Below are positions 35,046 through 44,122 of a DNA stretch of 64,000 bases, piece by piece. Where the stretch lies: contig JAZDPW010000024.1 of assembly GCA_043797305.1 (NCBI GenBank), positions 16,650-80,649 on the forward strand, read 5' to 3'. Origin of the DNA: Candidatus Jorgensenbacteria bacterium (GTDB lineage: Bacteria > Patescibacteriota > Minisyncoccia > UBA6257 > GWB1-50-10). Each line of letters opens with the position of its first letter. Within the stretch, counting starts at the first letter, position 1. The translations under genes were made by a program, and so were the position numbers. The notes under the pieces are model-generated. The model did no database searches, was not told the DNA's origin, and saw nothing but the letters and a program-made list of their open reading frames with translations.

Positions 35046-36200
35046 CTATTTTTTATTCTTCTCGGATTTACCTGAATTAAGTAGTTTCTTGGGTACTCGC
35101 GGTTCTTCTTCAATTCTTTTTATTCCTTCGCCAACAGGAATATTACCACCAAGGTCATTGATTCGATCTATTTCGGGTCGTACTCTAGTTTCAAAGGAAC
35201 CGATAGCTTCGTTAAACTTTTTCGTCGCCTGTGAAATATTTAGACCTATTCCGCCAACATGACCAAAAAATGTTTCCAATCTACCTTTTAATTCCTCAAC
35301 CTCATTTTTAATCTTCGTTGCATTTTCTGTAACTCTGTACTGTTCCCATCCATTACGGATTAAAAGTATCAGCGGTATTATTATAGACCGACTTGCCAAC
35401 ATTACATTCTTACTTTGGGCTTCAGAGTATAGATCATTGTCGTGTTGAAGAGCTTCTAGTAATGCACTTTCAATCGGGACAAACATAACTACATATGGAA
35501 TTTTCGTGTCAACATATTTCTGATATTCCTTACTCGACAAATCCCTAATTTTCTTTCTTAGGCCGTCAATAAAATTCTCGATGTGCTTAATTCTTTCTTC
35601 TGGTTGTTCTTCTTCGCGTGCTTTCTCGAACTCATACAAACTTGCCAAGCTCGCTTTGGAATCCACCGCGAGGGTCATCCCTCCTGGAAGACGAATAGTA
35701 AAATCTGGCCTTAAAATAGACGAACCTTCACCCGAAACAGTTTCTTGAACATCAAAATCCGTTCCTTTGGCCATCCCCGCTTTCTCAAGTAAATTACTTA
35801 GGGTTGCCTCTCCCCATCTGCCTATAGCAGTACCACTGGAAGAAAGCACCGTCTTGAGCATCTTGGCTGAATCGCTTATTTCCTGACCAGTTTTCAGAAC
35901 TTGCCCAATGCCGGCAACCAGTTTACCCACTTGTTCGTTTTGTTCCTTCTCCAACTTATCAACCCTCGTTCCTACCGATTCAACCAGATTTTTAACGTTT
36001 TTTTCCGCGTCGCCGAATTTCGTGCCAGCTAGTCGCAGAAAATCCTCCGAACTTTGGCGGAGGACGTCGCCTGCAATAACTTTAAATTTATCCTCAAGTT
36101 CCTCCGGGCTCTTTCCTTTACGTTTAAATAAGAACCAACCCGCCAATAAACCGATGACGCCACCCACAACAAACGATATTAAAAACTCTAAATAGATCAT
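35046..36200 (-). CDS. rmuC: DNA recombination protein RmuC family
   Basis: N-terminal TM helix, long coiled-coil, and the RmuC core with TAIGRWGEATLSNLLEKAG (cf. RGNWGExxLERVLE). 384 aa. The start overlaps the stop of the upstream gene (ATGA). Confidence 0.75.
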   Translation of the reverse strand: MIYLEFLISFVVGGVIGLLAGWFLFKRKGKSPEELEDKFKVIAGDVLRQSSEDFLRLAGTKFGDAEKNVKNLVESVGTRVDKLEKEQNEQVGKLVAGIGQVLKTGQEISDSAKMLKTVLSSSGTAIGRWGEATLSNLLEKAGMAKGTDFDVQETVSGEGSSILRPDFTIRLPGGMTLAVDSKASLASLYEFEKAREEEQPEERIKHIENFIDGLRKKIRDLSSKEYQKYVDTKIPYVVMFVPIESALLEALQHDNDLYSEAQSKNVMLASRSIIIPLILLIRNGWEQYRVTENATKIKNEVEELKGRLETFFGHVGGIGLNISQATKKFNEAIGSFETRVRPEIDRINDLGGNIPVGEGIKRIEEEPRVPKKLLNSGKSEKNKK

Positions 36201-38977
36201 TTTAGGGAGTCCTTAATTTTTTGAACTTCGGTGCTTAGTTTTAAATCAATCGTAAGATTATTCTTGATCTTCTCATAAGCATATATTGCCGTAGTATGAT
36301 CGAAGCCAAACAGCTTGCTTATAGACGGGAAAGACAAACCGATTAAATCACGAAGTAGGTAAACGGCAATTTGTCTGGGAATAGCCACGTATGCTTGCCG
36401 TGTCCTTCTCTTTATTTCAGAAACACTAATTCCATAAAATTTAGCCACATTGGCGATTATTCTTTCCTGCAAGCCGAGTAAATTATTTTCCCCTTCTTTT
36501 ATTAGACCCCATCCCTTTGCAGGGAACTTAGCGGTTTGCTTGTATCCATATTTTTTTTCGAGCGCACCTTCTATAATCTGCCTAACCCTCTCTCTTGTAA
36601 TAGGTTGGAATTTTTTAGCGATTTCTTCTAGGGTATGTGGTCTTTGCTCATTTAACCCGAATTTAAGCTCAACCATAAGTTTTTCTCTATCCCCAAGGCC
36701 CTCAGTTATCGTTTTCCACGGGGCATATTGAGTTTTCTCGGCTAATTTAAGTTCTTGCTTCTCCAAATAATTAATCTCTGTTACGAAGTGCTTATAAATA
36801 GATGGGCCGTATTCGTACTTTTTTTGAGAAATGTAGTAAAGCACATCGTAATCTGATCTCTTAGGCAAGGTTCCTTTCTGGATAGCTTCTGGGATCGTTA
36901 CGTTTAACGATTCATTTAGTATTGTTTCTGCTAAGTAAAGTTGTGCAATCGTTGATTTCTCAACGTCAGATTTCTTAGGATTTTCCCCAAAGTACTTAAC
37001 ATTGATGGGGTGGTTTGGGTTAATTAGAATGAAACTGCACGTTGGACTTTCCTGATAAGGATCATATGTGGCCTGGAATGGCATAGTGACTTTTTCATCA
37101 AAATCCCAACCCCGAAATTTGCCAACGAGCCCACTGGGATTTCTAACGGGTTTGTCTTTAATATCAACCCTGGCTTGGGCAGAGTATTCTTTACAATACG
37201 CCTCTATGATTCCAGATTCTTCTGTTTTTTCTCCGATAAAAATAACTGGATATTTAACAATCACTCCGTGCCTGAAATGTTTAGGAGACAAGATGAGCTT
37301 TTGGAGTTTAAGTTTTATATATTTATTTGAACTGGTGAATTTGATCTCGTCACCATTTTTAACGAATCGTGAATCTATGTATAAATTCAGTTTACTTTCT
37401 CTGTTAACAATTGCGCTGAAATAGTCGGGGCTAAAAGCAATACTATTTTCTGGATAGAAAATGTCCTGATGTATAACGGTAACTACCACAGAAGCTTTCC
37501 TTCGTTCAAACGTAGCTACTAACGTGTCTACGGTTTCCGGTCGCGTGCCATAGATTGTAACTGTCTTGATTAAAATATCATCAGCATCTTTATTTGGTTT
37601 TTCGACTTTTATTAATTCCGGAGTAAAGCCAATACTTTTCTTAGAAGAATTTACTCTTATAAGAGAACCTGGTTTAATGACCCGCGTATCTATAGCAAGT
37701 TGGAGCCCATATTTTTTCTTAGCTGTAATCATAATTTGACCTCTGGCGAATTCAATGCCACCTGCCGGTCTTTTCTTGATCACCGCCCTAATCGTCCCAC
37801 TAGCATTTTCGCCTGTAAGTTGAGAATACAATTTATTAAGTTCGTCGAATGCAAGCTTGTGTCTTTCTTGAGTTTCCTCTGACAACCCATCATTGGTGAG
37901 ATTTCGACGCCCTTTATTTAAAATCGGGTATAGCCAATCCTTAATAATTTGTTGTAAGTTTTTATAAAACTCGTGCTGTTGATTAAATCCATCGCGCGTA
38001 TCTGACAGTATTTCCTCAGGATGTTTTTTGCTATTAATCTTAGCCAGAATTATTTCTCTTACACCCGTCAATCTCATGAAACCGTAATACTTATCTGCAC
38101 CAGGAAAATTATCCAAACCGAAAAAGGTCTGATCATATACAGCATCCTTATCGTCATAGACCAATAATCCACTTTCTCTTTCGTCACCAATCATCGATAA
38201 AGGATTACTTGATCTATAGAGGTCCACATCTATTTTTACTGGGGCATAATTTTCAAATTGCATAGGAAATTCTTTGTGTTCCACTAGCTCTCCCTTCTGA
38301 GGGACATATTTTATTACAGCCTCTCTTTTCCCCCCTTTCCGGTTTGTATGCTGTAAAATAATTCTTCGATTATCATTTGTGTTTATTAATCGGAGCGTGT
38401 AAAAACCACTTAGTTTATCGGCCATGTTTTCAAATTCATGGAGGACAGTATCTTTATCGGCAATGAACTCAACAACCGTTCCACTCGAGGAATTTATTCC
38501 CCACTCTTTCGAGAGTATGTTTATATCTTTTCTAATTCTCTCAACATTGATAAATCTTTTTTCTCCTCTCTCATAAAATTTACAAATTGAAGCTTCACCA
38601 TCCTTAATGGATTTAATTGTGCCTTGAGAGTGATAGAAAAGGACATCGGAAATGCCTTGTCCAAATATTCCTCGCACGCCATATCCCGCATAAGCTCCAC
38701 TTTTTTCTGCCCCATAAGTTTCAAATTTATTCTCGAGACCCTTAGTCGTCATACCTTCTGCTTGATCGATTATCCGGACCAGCCGACTCTCCTTGTTTAT
38801 CTGGATAATAATTGGATGTATTGCCTCATTATTGTTGCTTTTAGTTGTTAAAATACGATAACTATCATCAGAATTTGTTATTGGCTCTGTGAGCGTCTTA
38901 AGAATGTTTTTACCAACAGCATTTGAGCTCTTGCGTTTTATATAGCGTGATGCAATTTTGACTTCTATTTCTGACAT
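36197..38977 (-). CDS. 926-aa multidomain protein: N-terminal GHKL (Bergerat-fold, HATPase_c-like) ATPase, large unknown middle, then a sigma-70 region-4-like HTH, then a DnaA domain-IV-like DNA-binding domain
   Basis: GHKL motifs: N-box TEPITNSDDS (ExxxNxxD), G1-like IIDQAEGM, G2 GYGVRGIFGQGIS, SSSGTVVEF. Near the C-terminus, TLEEIAKKFQPITRERVRQIIEGALEKK matches sigma-70 region 4.2. The final 90 aa, ISVSEIKRRTRQAYVAIPRQIAVYLLRDLIGLSFPSISKLFG-FDHTTAIYAYEKIKNNL, align with DnaA domain IV (...[46 protein letters not shown]...). Confidence 0.6.
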   Translation of the reverse strand: MSEIEVKIASRYIKRKSSNAVGKNILKTLTEPITNSDDSYRILTTKSNNNEAIHPIIIQINKESRLVRIIDQAEGMTTKGLENKFETYGAEKSGAYAGYGVRGIFGQGISDVLFYHSQGTIKSIKDGEASICKFYERGEKRFINVERIRKDINILSKEWGINSSSGTVVEFIADKDTVLHEFENMADKLSGFYTLRLINTNDNRRIILQHTNRKGGKREAVIKYVPQKGELVEHKEFPMQFENYAPVKIDVDLYRSSNPLSMIGDERESGLLVYDDKDAVYDQTFFGLDNFPGADKYYGFMRLTGVREIILAKINSKKHPEEILSDTRDGFNQQHEFYKNLQQIIKDWLYPILNKGRRNLTNDGLSEETQERHKLAFDELNKLYSQLTGENASGTIRAVIKKRPAGGIEFARGQIMITAKKKYGLQLAIDTRVIKPGSLIRVNSSKKSIGFTPELIKVEKPNKDADDILIKTVTIYGTRPETVDTLVATFERRKASVVVTVIHQDIFYPENSIAFSPDYFSAIVNRESKLNLYIDSRFVKNGDEIKFTSSNKYIKLKLQKLILSPKHFRHGVIVKYPVIFIGEKTEESGIIEAYCKEYSAQARVDIKDKPVRNPSGLVGKFRGWDFDEKVTMPFQATYDPYQESPTCSFILINPNHPINVKYFGENPKKSDVEKSTIAQLYLAETILNESLNVTIPEAIQKGTLPKRSDYDVLYYISQKKYEYGPSIYKHFVTEINYLEKQELKLAEKTQYAPWKTITEGLGDREKLMVELKFGLNEQRPHTLEEIAKKFQPITRERVRQIIEGALEKKYGYKQTAKFPAKGWGLIKEGENNLLGLQERIIANVAKFYGISVSEIKRRTRQAYVAIPRQIAVYLLRDLIGLSFPSISKLFGFDHTTAIYAYEKIKNNLTIDLKLSTEVQKIKDSLK

Positions 38978-38982
38978 ATTAG

Positions 38983-39633
38983 TTATTGAAACAGGTTTTT
39001 AAATTCTTTCTCTAGCCAGTCCAAGAACGCTAGGACTTTTTTATTCTTAGCCGCCGCGGCCGATTGTTTTAGCTGTTCAAGGTATTTAGATAATAGGTGT
39101 TGGGGAGTATACGGCACAGCTTTCAGGAAGGACAAAACTTCGTAATCAGTAACCGAAAAATCCTTGTTTTGCCATTTTTGGAACAAATGAGATTTTTCCA
39201 TTTCTAAAACGTCATCTTGCGGAGATCGTCCGCGCGAACGTTTTGATGATGAAGCCGCACTTAGTTTTAGTCTGGTGGGATGTTTTAGTAGATCCTCAGT
39301 TTGTAATGCAACCTCCTTTCCCGTTTCTGTCAGACAAAATCCATTCTCGATGTTACCGGTTGCCCAATTTTTTCGTTTAGGATCCGCTAATCTTCTAAGG
39401 GACTTATTGATCCTGTTCGTATCTGGATACTCTTTGAAATTAGCCATGGAGAATTTATTTGGAAACATTTTGAAAAGACCAACAACTATGTGATCGAAAT
39501 ATAGGGGTATTTTTTTTCTTTCTAAGACGATGAGGCTATAAACCACCAATCTGTCCAAATCAAAATTTTCGTAGCTCTTAACAGAGAGTGGTCTGAAACT
39601 AAATATTATTTTTTTGTAATCGATGTTTTTCAT
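38983..39633 (-). CDS. hypothetical protein (216 aa), second gene of the AT-rich operon
   Basis: Long ORF in an AT-rich context, 6 nt upstream of the 926-aa gene, and overlapped by the 72-aa gene by 4 nt. No motif recognised. Confidence 0.45.
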   Translation of the reverse strand: MKNIDYKKIIFSFRPLSVKSYENFDLDRLVVYSLIVLERKKIPLYFDHIVVGLFKMFPNKFSMANFKEYPDTNRINKSLRRLADPKRKNWATGNIENGFCLTETGKEVALQTEDLLKHPTRLKLSAASSSKRSRGRSPQDDVLEMEKSHLFQKWQNKDFSVTDYEVLSFLKAVPYTPQHLLSKYLEQLKQSAAAAKNKKVLAFLDWLEKEFKNLFQ

Positions 39634-39848
39634 AATTTAAATTCTGTTCCGCGTTTTTGCTCACCTCTAAATCTGGCTTCGGCTTTCATTAGTGAATCAC
39701 GGAGCGCTCCGAATATTTTTCGCAGCTGCTCCGGTGTATATTCGTATAAACTTTTATTAGACAGATTTGAAAGGACCCTGATCTCGTTTAAGACTTTTCT
39801 GGTCCTTTTTTCTGCCAAACGTTTAAATCTTTCACTTTTGTTCTCCAT
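39630..39848 (-). CDS. hypothetical small protein (72 aa), first gene of the AT-rich operon
   Basis: ORF with a charged helical character. Its stop overlaps the start of the next gene. Confidence 0.35.
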   Translation of the reverse strand: MENKSERFKRLAEKRTRKVLNEIRVLSNLSNKSLYEYTPEQLRKIFGALRDSLMKAEARFRGEQKRGTEFKL

Positions 39849-39924
39849 AATATTTAATATACTCTTTAATATTATGTTGTAAAGTATATCACAAATACTT
39901 TTATAAAGTCAATACCACGACCTG

Positions 39925-39933
39925 TGGATAACT
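39925..39933 (-). promoter_or_regulatory. perfect DnaA box (TTATCCACA on the minus strand) about 80 nt upstream of the operon start. A second 7/9 match (TTATCCAAT) lies near 40116..40124
   Basis: Plus-strand tgtggataa read directly. An AT-rich tract lies between the box and the first gene. Confidence 0.5.
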
Positions 39934-40244
39934 TCCCTCCGAGGATGCGCCGAAAGGAGGGGTTTTAGGGGAGGAATTGCGGCGCGCCCGAGGCGAAGCC
40001 CCGAAGCCCCGAAGGCCGCCAGCAGGCGGACGAGGGGCGGAGAGGCTGAACAGCTTAATCAATCCCCGAATCAGGGTATTGTCGGGGGTAACGACTTTCC
40101 AGAGAAGCCGCATTTTAATTGGATAAAAATTAGATTTACCCCTTCGTTCTAGAACGTAGGGGTCAACGAAGGGGTAGACGACCCCCTTTTGGGTCAGGAA
40201 TTTTCCATAAAATACCCTCGGACTTGTTCATATGAGCGAGCTAA

Positions 40245-40994
40245 TTATTTTTTAGACTGTTTCCACATGTACCAAAACCACGTGCGATAACTTTCGGCGA
40301 GGTTTTTGCTTTTTATGATAAAGAACGCCGTATTGTCACTGAGTTTTTTTATTTCCAATCCGGTATAAGTGATGAAATAATCGCTAAAAACATGAATGAG
40401 CGAATTTGTCGAATACTCTTTGGGTAAGAAGCGGTATTGCAGATTCCCCGGAAATTTTTTTGGAAATCCCGGGTCAATAACCTTAATTTCATGGTCAAAT
40501 AATTGGAAAAATTTGATTTTCTTGCGACTTGCTTCCTTAAAGAAAGTGATTCGACTTGCTTCAAGCTTGGGCTCAAACCAGCCGCCCTTGGCGCCGACCG
40601 CATAGCTGTCGGCTCCGGTTCTTATAAGATCCCGCCAGATGTTTTTCTGCCCCTCAAGACCGCGATAAATATAGGCCTCTTCCGGGGCAAACCGCTCACT
40701 AAATTTCTTCTTGAGGATGGGAAGGGCTTTTGAAAGCTCCTTTTCTTTTTCGGCGACTATTTCCTTAAGCTTGTCGGGGTCAACGGCGTTGTATTTGTTT
40801 TCTACGGCGGAGAAAACCTGAAAACACAGTCCTTTATTAAGTAGGCGTTGAATTGCATCGTAAGCATTGCGCCTGTGAATCTTGGCCGCAACGGAAATAT
40901 CACTCACGGAAGATTCCCCTCTTTCAACGAGTGTTTCGTAAATTTTTGCCTCGTTGGGGCTCAACCCCAATTCCTCCAGCAGTTTTTGATACAT
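40245..40994 (-). CDS. TrmB family transcriptional regulator
   Basis: N-terminal wHTH LGLSPNEAKIYETLVERGESSVSDISVAAKIHRRNAYDAIQRLLNKGL, typical of TrmB-family HTH. 249 aa. Confidence 0.7.
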   Translation of the reverse strand: MYQKLLEELGLSPNEAKIYETLVERGESSVSDISVAAKIHRRNAYDAIQRLLNKGLCFQVFSAVENKYNAVDPDKLKEIVAEKEKELSKALPILKKKFSERFAPEEAYIYRGLEGQKNIWRDLIRTGADSYAVGAKGGWFEPKLEASRITFFKEASRKKIKFFQLFDHEIKVIDPGFPKKFPGNLQYRFLPKEYSTNSLIHVFSDYFITYTGLEIKKLSDNTAFFIIKSKNLAESYRTWFWYMWKQSKK

Positions 40995-41094
40995 AGATGA
41001 TAATTATATGGCAGGTGTGGTGGTGTTGGCCACTCCATAAGGAGGATATACGATGCGGTTTAGAACGTCAACAATCTAACGAAGGGGGTTTCCG

Positions 41095-41742
41095 ATGAAC
41101 CGGTATCTCTTGATTTTGGGCGGTCTCTTGAGCTTTACGGCACAGACGGGACTGGCCCAGTCCGGGCCGGATTACCAACTGCGAATCCCGACCCACTTCC
41201 AGTTTGGGGCGAGCGGAAACGGAGAGACCGGGAACCAATTTGGACTCGCCGGTTGGGCCATCTTCCCTAACGTCATGGCGGACAAGGGACAGGGCTCATT
41301 CCTGTTTGTAGCCGGAGCGCTGTGGCGAGCCAACCCGAGCGGGAGCTGGATTGAGTTCATGGTTGGGAACCGGTTTAACCGAAGCGGCTACACCGACCCG
41401 CTCGTAAACATCCGCTTCTCCAACAACCACCCCAAAGGCGTCAATCTCTATGGTGAGGCAGGATACTTCTTCCGGGAAATAAGGAAAAGGTCCTACGCGC
41501 TGGTAGCGGTTGACGTGCCGGTGCCAATCGGCAAATCGGGCTTGAGATTGGGGATCGAATCGGAGAACACTCACTTCCCCACCAAGCCGGATTCCTGGGG
41601 CATTGGTCCTCGGGTCGTAATTCCACTTCCACCGGTGCTGTTCTCTAAAATGAGGTTTTCGGTTGCGACGGCGTATCAGTGCTTCCGGACCGACCGGGCC
41701 TTCATAAGGACATACGTCACCACCACCATCAAGAACCCTTAG
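41095..41742 (+). CDS. secreted hypothetical protein (signal peptide, GC-rich gene)
   Basis: MNRYLLILGGLLSFTAQTGLAQS signal peptide. Followed by a terminator at 41796..41830. Confidence 0.5.
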   Translation: MNRYLLILGGLLSFTAQTGLAQSGPDYQLRIPTHFQFGASGNGETGNQFGLAGWAIFPNVMADKGQGSFLFVAGALWRANPSGSWIEFMVGNRFNRSGYTDPLVNIRFSNNHPKGVNLYGEAGYFFREIRKRSYALVAVDVPVPIGKSGLRLGIESENTHFPTKPDSWGIGPRVVIPLPPVLFSKMRFSVATAYQCFRTDRAFIRTYVTTTIKNP

Positions 41743-41795
41743 TGGTAGGAGAAGAGAGCTTTTACCAAACGCACGCAGACCGTGCAAGCACAAGA

Positions 41796-41830
41796 AAGAC
41801 CGTATGGTTTGCCCAGCGGTCTTTTGCTTT
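41796..41830 (+). terminator. rho-independent terminator
   Basis: AAGACCG...CGGTCTT hairpin followed by TTGCTTT. Confidence 0.55.
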
Positions 41831-41996
41831 ATATAAAAGCCAAGACTTTTTCTAAATCTAACTTGATTTGATACCAATCGATGGTTCTAAACGCGTCCAA
41901 CAGAGCAAGCAAAGTATTAACGGAGTATAATAACAAATAATAGAGTTTCTAAAGGTCGCAAGGTAAATCAGAAAGAATTAAAATAAAGATAATAAT

Positions 41997-42449
41997 ATGA
42001 GCAAGAAAGCAATTATTATTGCTTTAGTTGTAATTATCCTTTTAGTCGGCGGCTATTTCATCTTTATAAAGTCGGGTTCGACTCCGGTCACCGGTCAACC
42101 AGAACAGACCAACCCGATCGCCTATACCGATGCGCCTGCTTTCGCCCCAAGCTTCTTGCAATGCAGTCCAAGCGAACTTAAGATACCGTTTACTGGAAAC
42201 AATACGTACGTGATTACTGTCTTTGGCGTAGAAAACGGTAATTGCCATTATGCAGTTAAGGTTGTGGATCAGAATGATGTAGTAATACAAGGCGGAGTAG
42301 TCGGAATCGATTGTAATGTTCCAGAAGGATTAATCACCGAAGATGTTCTCGGCCATCTCTTTGGCGTGGATAAGGCCGAGGGCAAGGAAGCGGTGAAAGC
42401 AGTGCAGGACAAAGTAGAAGCCGACTATTGCAAGAGTTCAGGCCAGTAA
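41997..42449 (+). CDS. membrane-anchored hypothetical protein
   Basis: N-terminal TM helix (AIIIALVVIILLVGGYFIFI), Cys-containing extracytoplasmic domain. Confidence 0.45.
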   Translation: MSKKAIIIALVVIILLVGGYFIFIKSGSTPVTGQPEQTNPIAYTDAPAFAPSFLQCSPSELKIPFTGNNTYVITVFGVENGNCHYAVKVVDQNDVVIQGGVVGIDCNVPEGLITEDVLGHLFGVDKAEGKEAVKAVQDKVEADYCKSSGQ

Positions 42450-42537
42450 TTACATCTGAAATCTCGACAGTCGAAGCTAAACCAAAACCAGCGTGACGAT
42501 GGCAGCCGAGGCTAAGTGGCGTTAGATTCCTGGGCTT

Positions 42538-43515
42538 TTAAAGAATCTTCTTTAGATTCTTAATCATTTCCTCCGAAATCCGGTCAAGGTTGAATTCGTG
42601 CCGCCAACCCCAATCGCTTCTCGCTTTTGAATCGTCGATCGTCTTTGGCCACGAATCGGCTATTTTCTGCCGGTCATCCGGCGTGAAAGTACACTTAAAA
42701 CCCGGAATGTGCCCTGCGACGTTCTCGGCAAGCTCCTTGGCGGAAAAACTGATGGCCGCCAAATTATAAGAAGTCCTTACCGTTATCTTCTCCGGCGGAG
42801 CTTCCATCAACTCCAGGGTGGCCTTGACTGCATCGTCCATATACATCATCGGAAGAACCGTTTTTTCGCCGACGAAACAATCGTAGCTCCCCTTCCTTAG
42901 GGCTTCATAATATATGGCCACCGCATAATCGGTGGTTCCGCCGCCCGGCGGGGTTTTCCAGGATATTATCCCCGGATACCTCAAACTCCTTACATCCAAT
43001 CCGTATTTAATGTGGTAATACTGGCACAATAATTCTCCGGCAACTTTCGTAACTCCGTACATGGTTGTCGGTTCCAGAACCGTTTGCTGGGGGGTGTCGT
43101 AAAGGGGGGTGGTCGGGCCGAAGGCGGCAATCGAACTTGGCCAGAACATTCTCTCTATCTTGTATTCCACCGCCAAATCCAGAACATTTTTCAAGCTCTT
43201 CATATTTACATCCCAGGCAAGGTTGGGACTTTTTTCTCCGACAGCCGACAGGATACCAACCAGATGGTAAACGGTATTGATTTGGTATTTTTCCATCAGT
43301 GATTTTATTTCCTCCTTATTGCCGGCGTCGGCTTTCTCGAAAGGCCCGGCGGCGCGGAACTCATCGCTCGGCTCTTTGCTGTGGCCTACGGCAACAACAT
43401 TACCGCTGCCGAATTTCTCCCGAAGAGCCGGGATAAGCTCGGAACCGATTTGGCCCAAGGCCCCCGTTACCAATATTTTTCTTTCCATACGATGATTATA
43501 CCTCTTCGAAGCCAA
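42538..43515 (-). CDS. NAD-dependent epimerase/dehydratase family protein, L-threonine 3-dehydrogenase-like
   Basis: ILVTGALGQIGSELIPALREKFG closely resembles extended-SDR L-threonine dehydrogenases. YxxxK present (YGVTKVAGE). Confidence 0.6.
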   Translation of the reverse strand: MASKRYNHRMERKILVTGALGQIGSELIPALREKFGSGNVVAVGHSKEPSDEFRAAGPFEKADAGNKEEIKSLMEKYQINTVYHLVGILSAVGEKSPNLAWDVNMKSLKNVLDLAVEYKIERMFWPSSIAAFGPTTPLYDTPQQTVLEPTTMYGVTKVAGELLCQYYHIKYGLDVRSLRYPGIISWKTPPGGGTTDYAVAIYYEALRKGSYDCFVGEKTVLPMMYMDDAVKATLELMEAPPEKITVRTSYNLAAISFSAKELAENVAGHIPGFKCTFTPDDRQKIADSWPKTIDDSKARSDWGWRHEFNLDRISEEMIKNLKKIL

Positions 43516-43550
43516 ACGCCGTTCCCACTGTACGCAAGTCGTATCTTAAT

Positions 43551-43583
43551 ACAAAAAAGCGCCCGTAACGGGCGCTTTTTTGT
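43551..43583. terminator. bidirectional rho-independent terminator
   Basis: AAAAAAGCGCCCGTAACGGGCGCTTTTTT, with A-run and T-run on either side, between convergent genes. Confidence 0.75.
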
Positions 43584-43600
43584 ATTGCAGAGACTTTATT

Positions 43601-44071
43601 TTAGGTAACTTTCCTGGAACGGATGAATTTAACGTAACCCAGGACAAAAGCGATTATGATGCCGATAGTCACGACGAGAAACCTGAACTCGGAATTCTCG
43701 GTCATAAGCCCCCGGACGATGCTGTACATGGTGGTAAAAACTCCGCCCAAAAGAATTCCGTCGGCAATCACCTGAATTTTATTGAGAAGAGTCAAGCTCA
43801 CCACCAAGATGATAATGGAAGCCGCAAGCGAGACAATCGAGACAGTTTGATTATAGGGTTTTATGTCCTCCTGGTATTTTCTCTGGGCCTGGTCGAATTC
43901 CAATCTTATTTCCCCCTGTTCCGCCGTTTCCTCGCAGCAGGATTCCACCTTTTCCAATTCCACCGGGTACTCGGGGGCTTTGGGGCCGGGATAAAAAGTA
44001 TCGATACCCAATCCCACGAAAAGAGCGATAAGCAGAGCCAAAAATATCGTATAGATGAATTTTATTGCCAT
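43601..44071 (-). CDS. hypothetical membrane protein
   Basis: Three TM segments, internal CC pair. No motif recognised. Confidence 0.4.
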   Translation of the reverse strand: MAIKFIYTIFLALLIALFVGLGIDTFYPGPKAPEYPVELEKVESCCEETAEQGEIRLEFDQAQRKYQEDIKPYNQTVSIVSLAASIIILVVSLTLLNKIQVIADGILLGGVFTTMYSIVRGLMTENSEFRFLVVTIGIIIAFVLGYVKFIRSRKVT

Positions 44072-44122
44072 ATCCCTATCTTAACATAAACGCGGTAAAG
44101 GTGTTAGAATAACAAAACAAAA

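Noticed and set aside
39901-40113. 70-aa minus-strand ORF in the GC-rich intergenic stretch
   Set aside because: No start context. The translation is low-complexity (Pro/Gly/Arg/Ala). The DNA is better explained by hairpins and tandem GAAGCCCC units.
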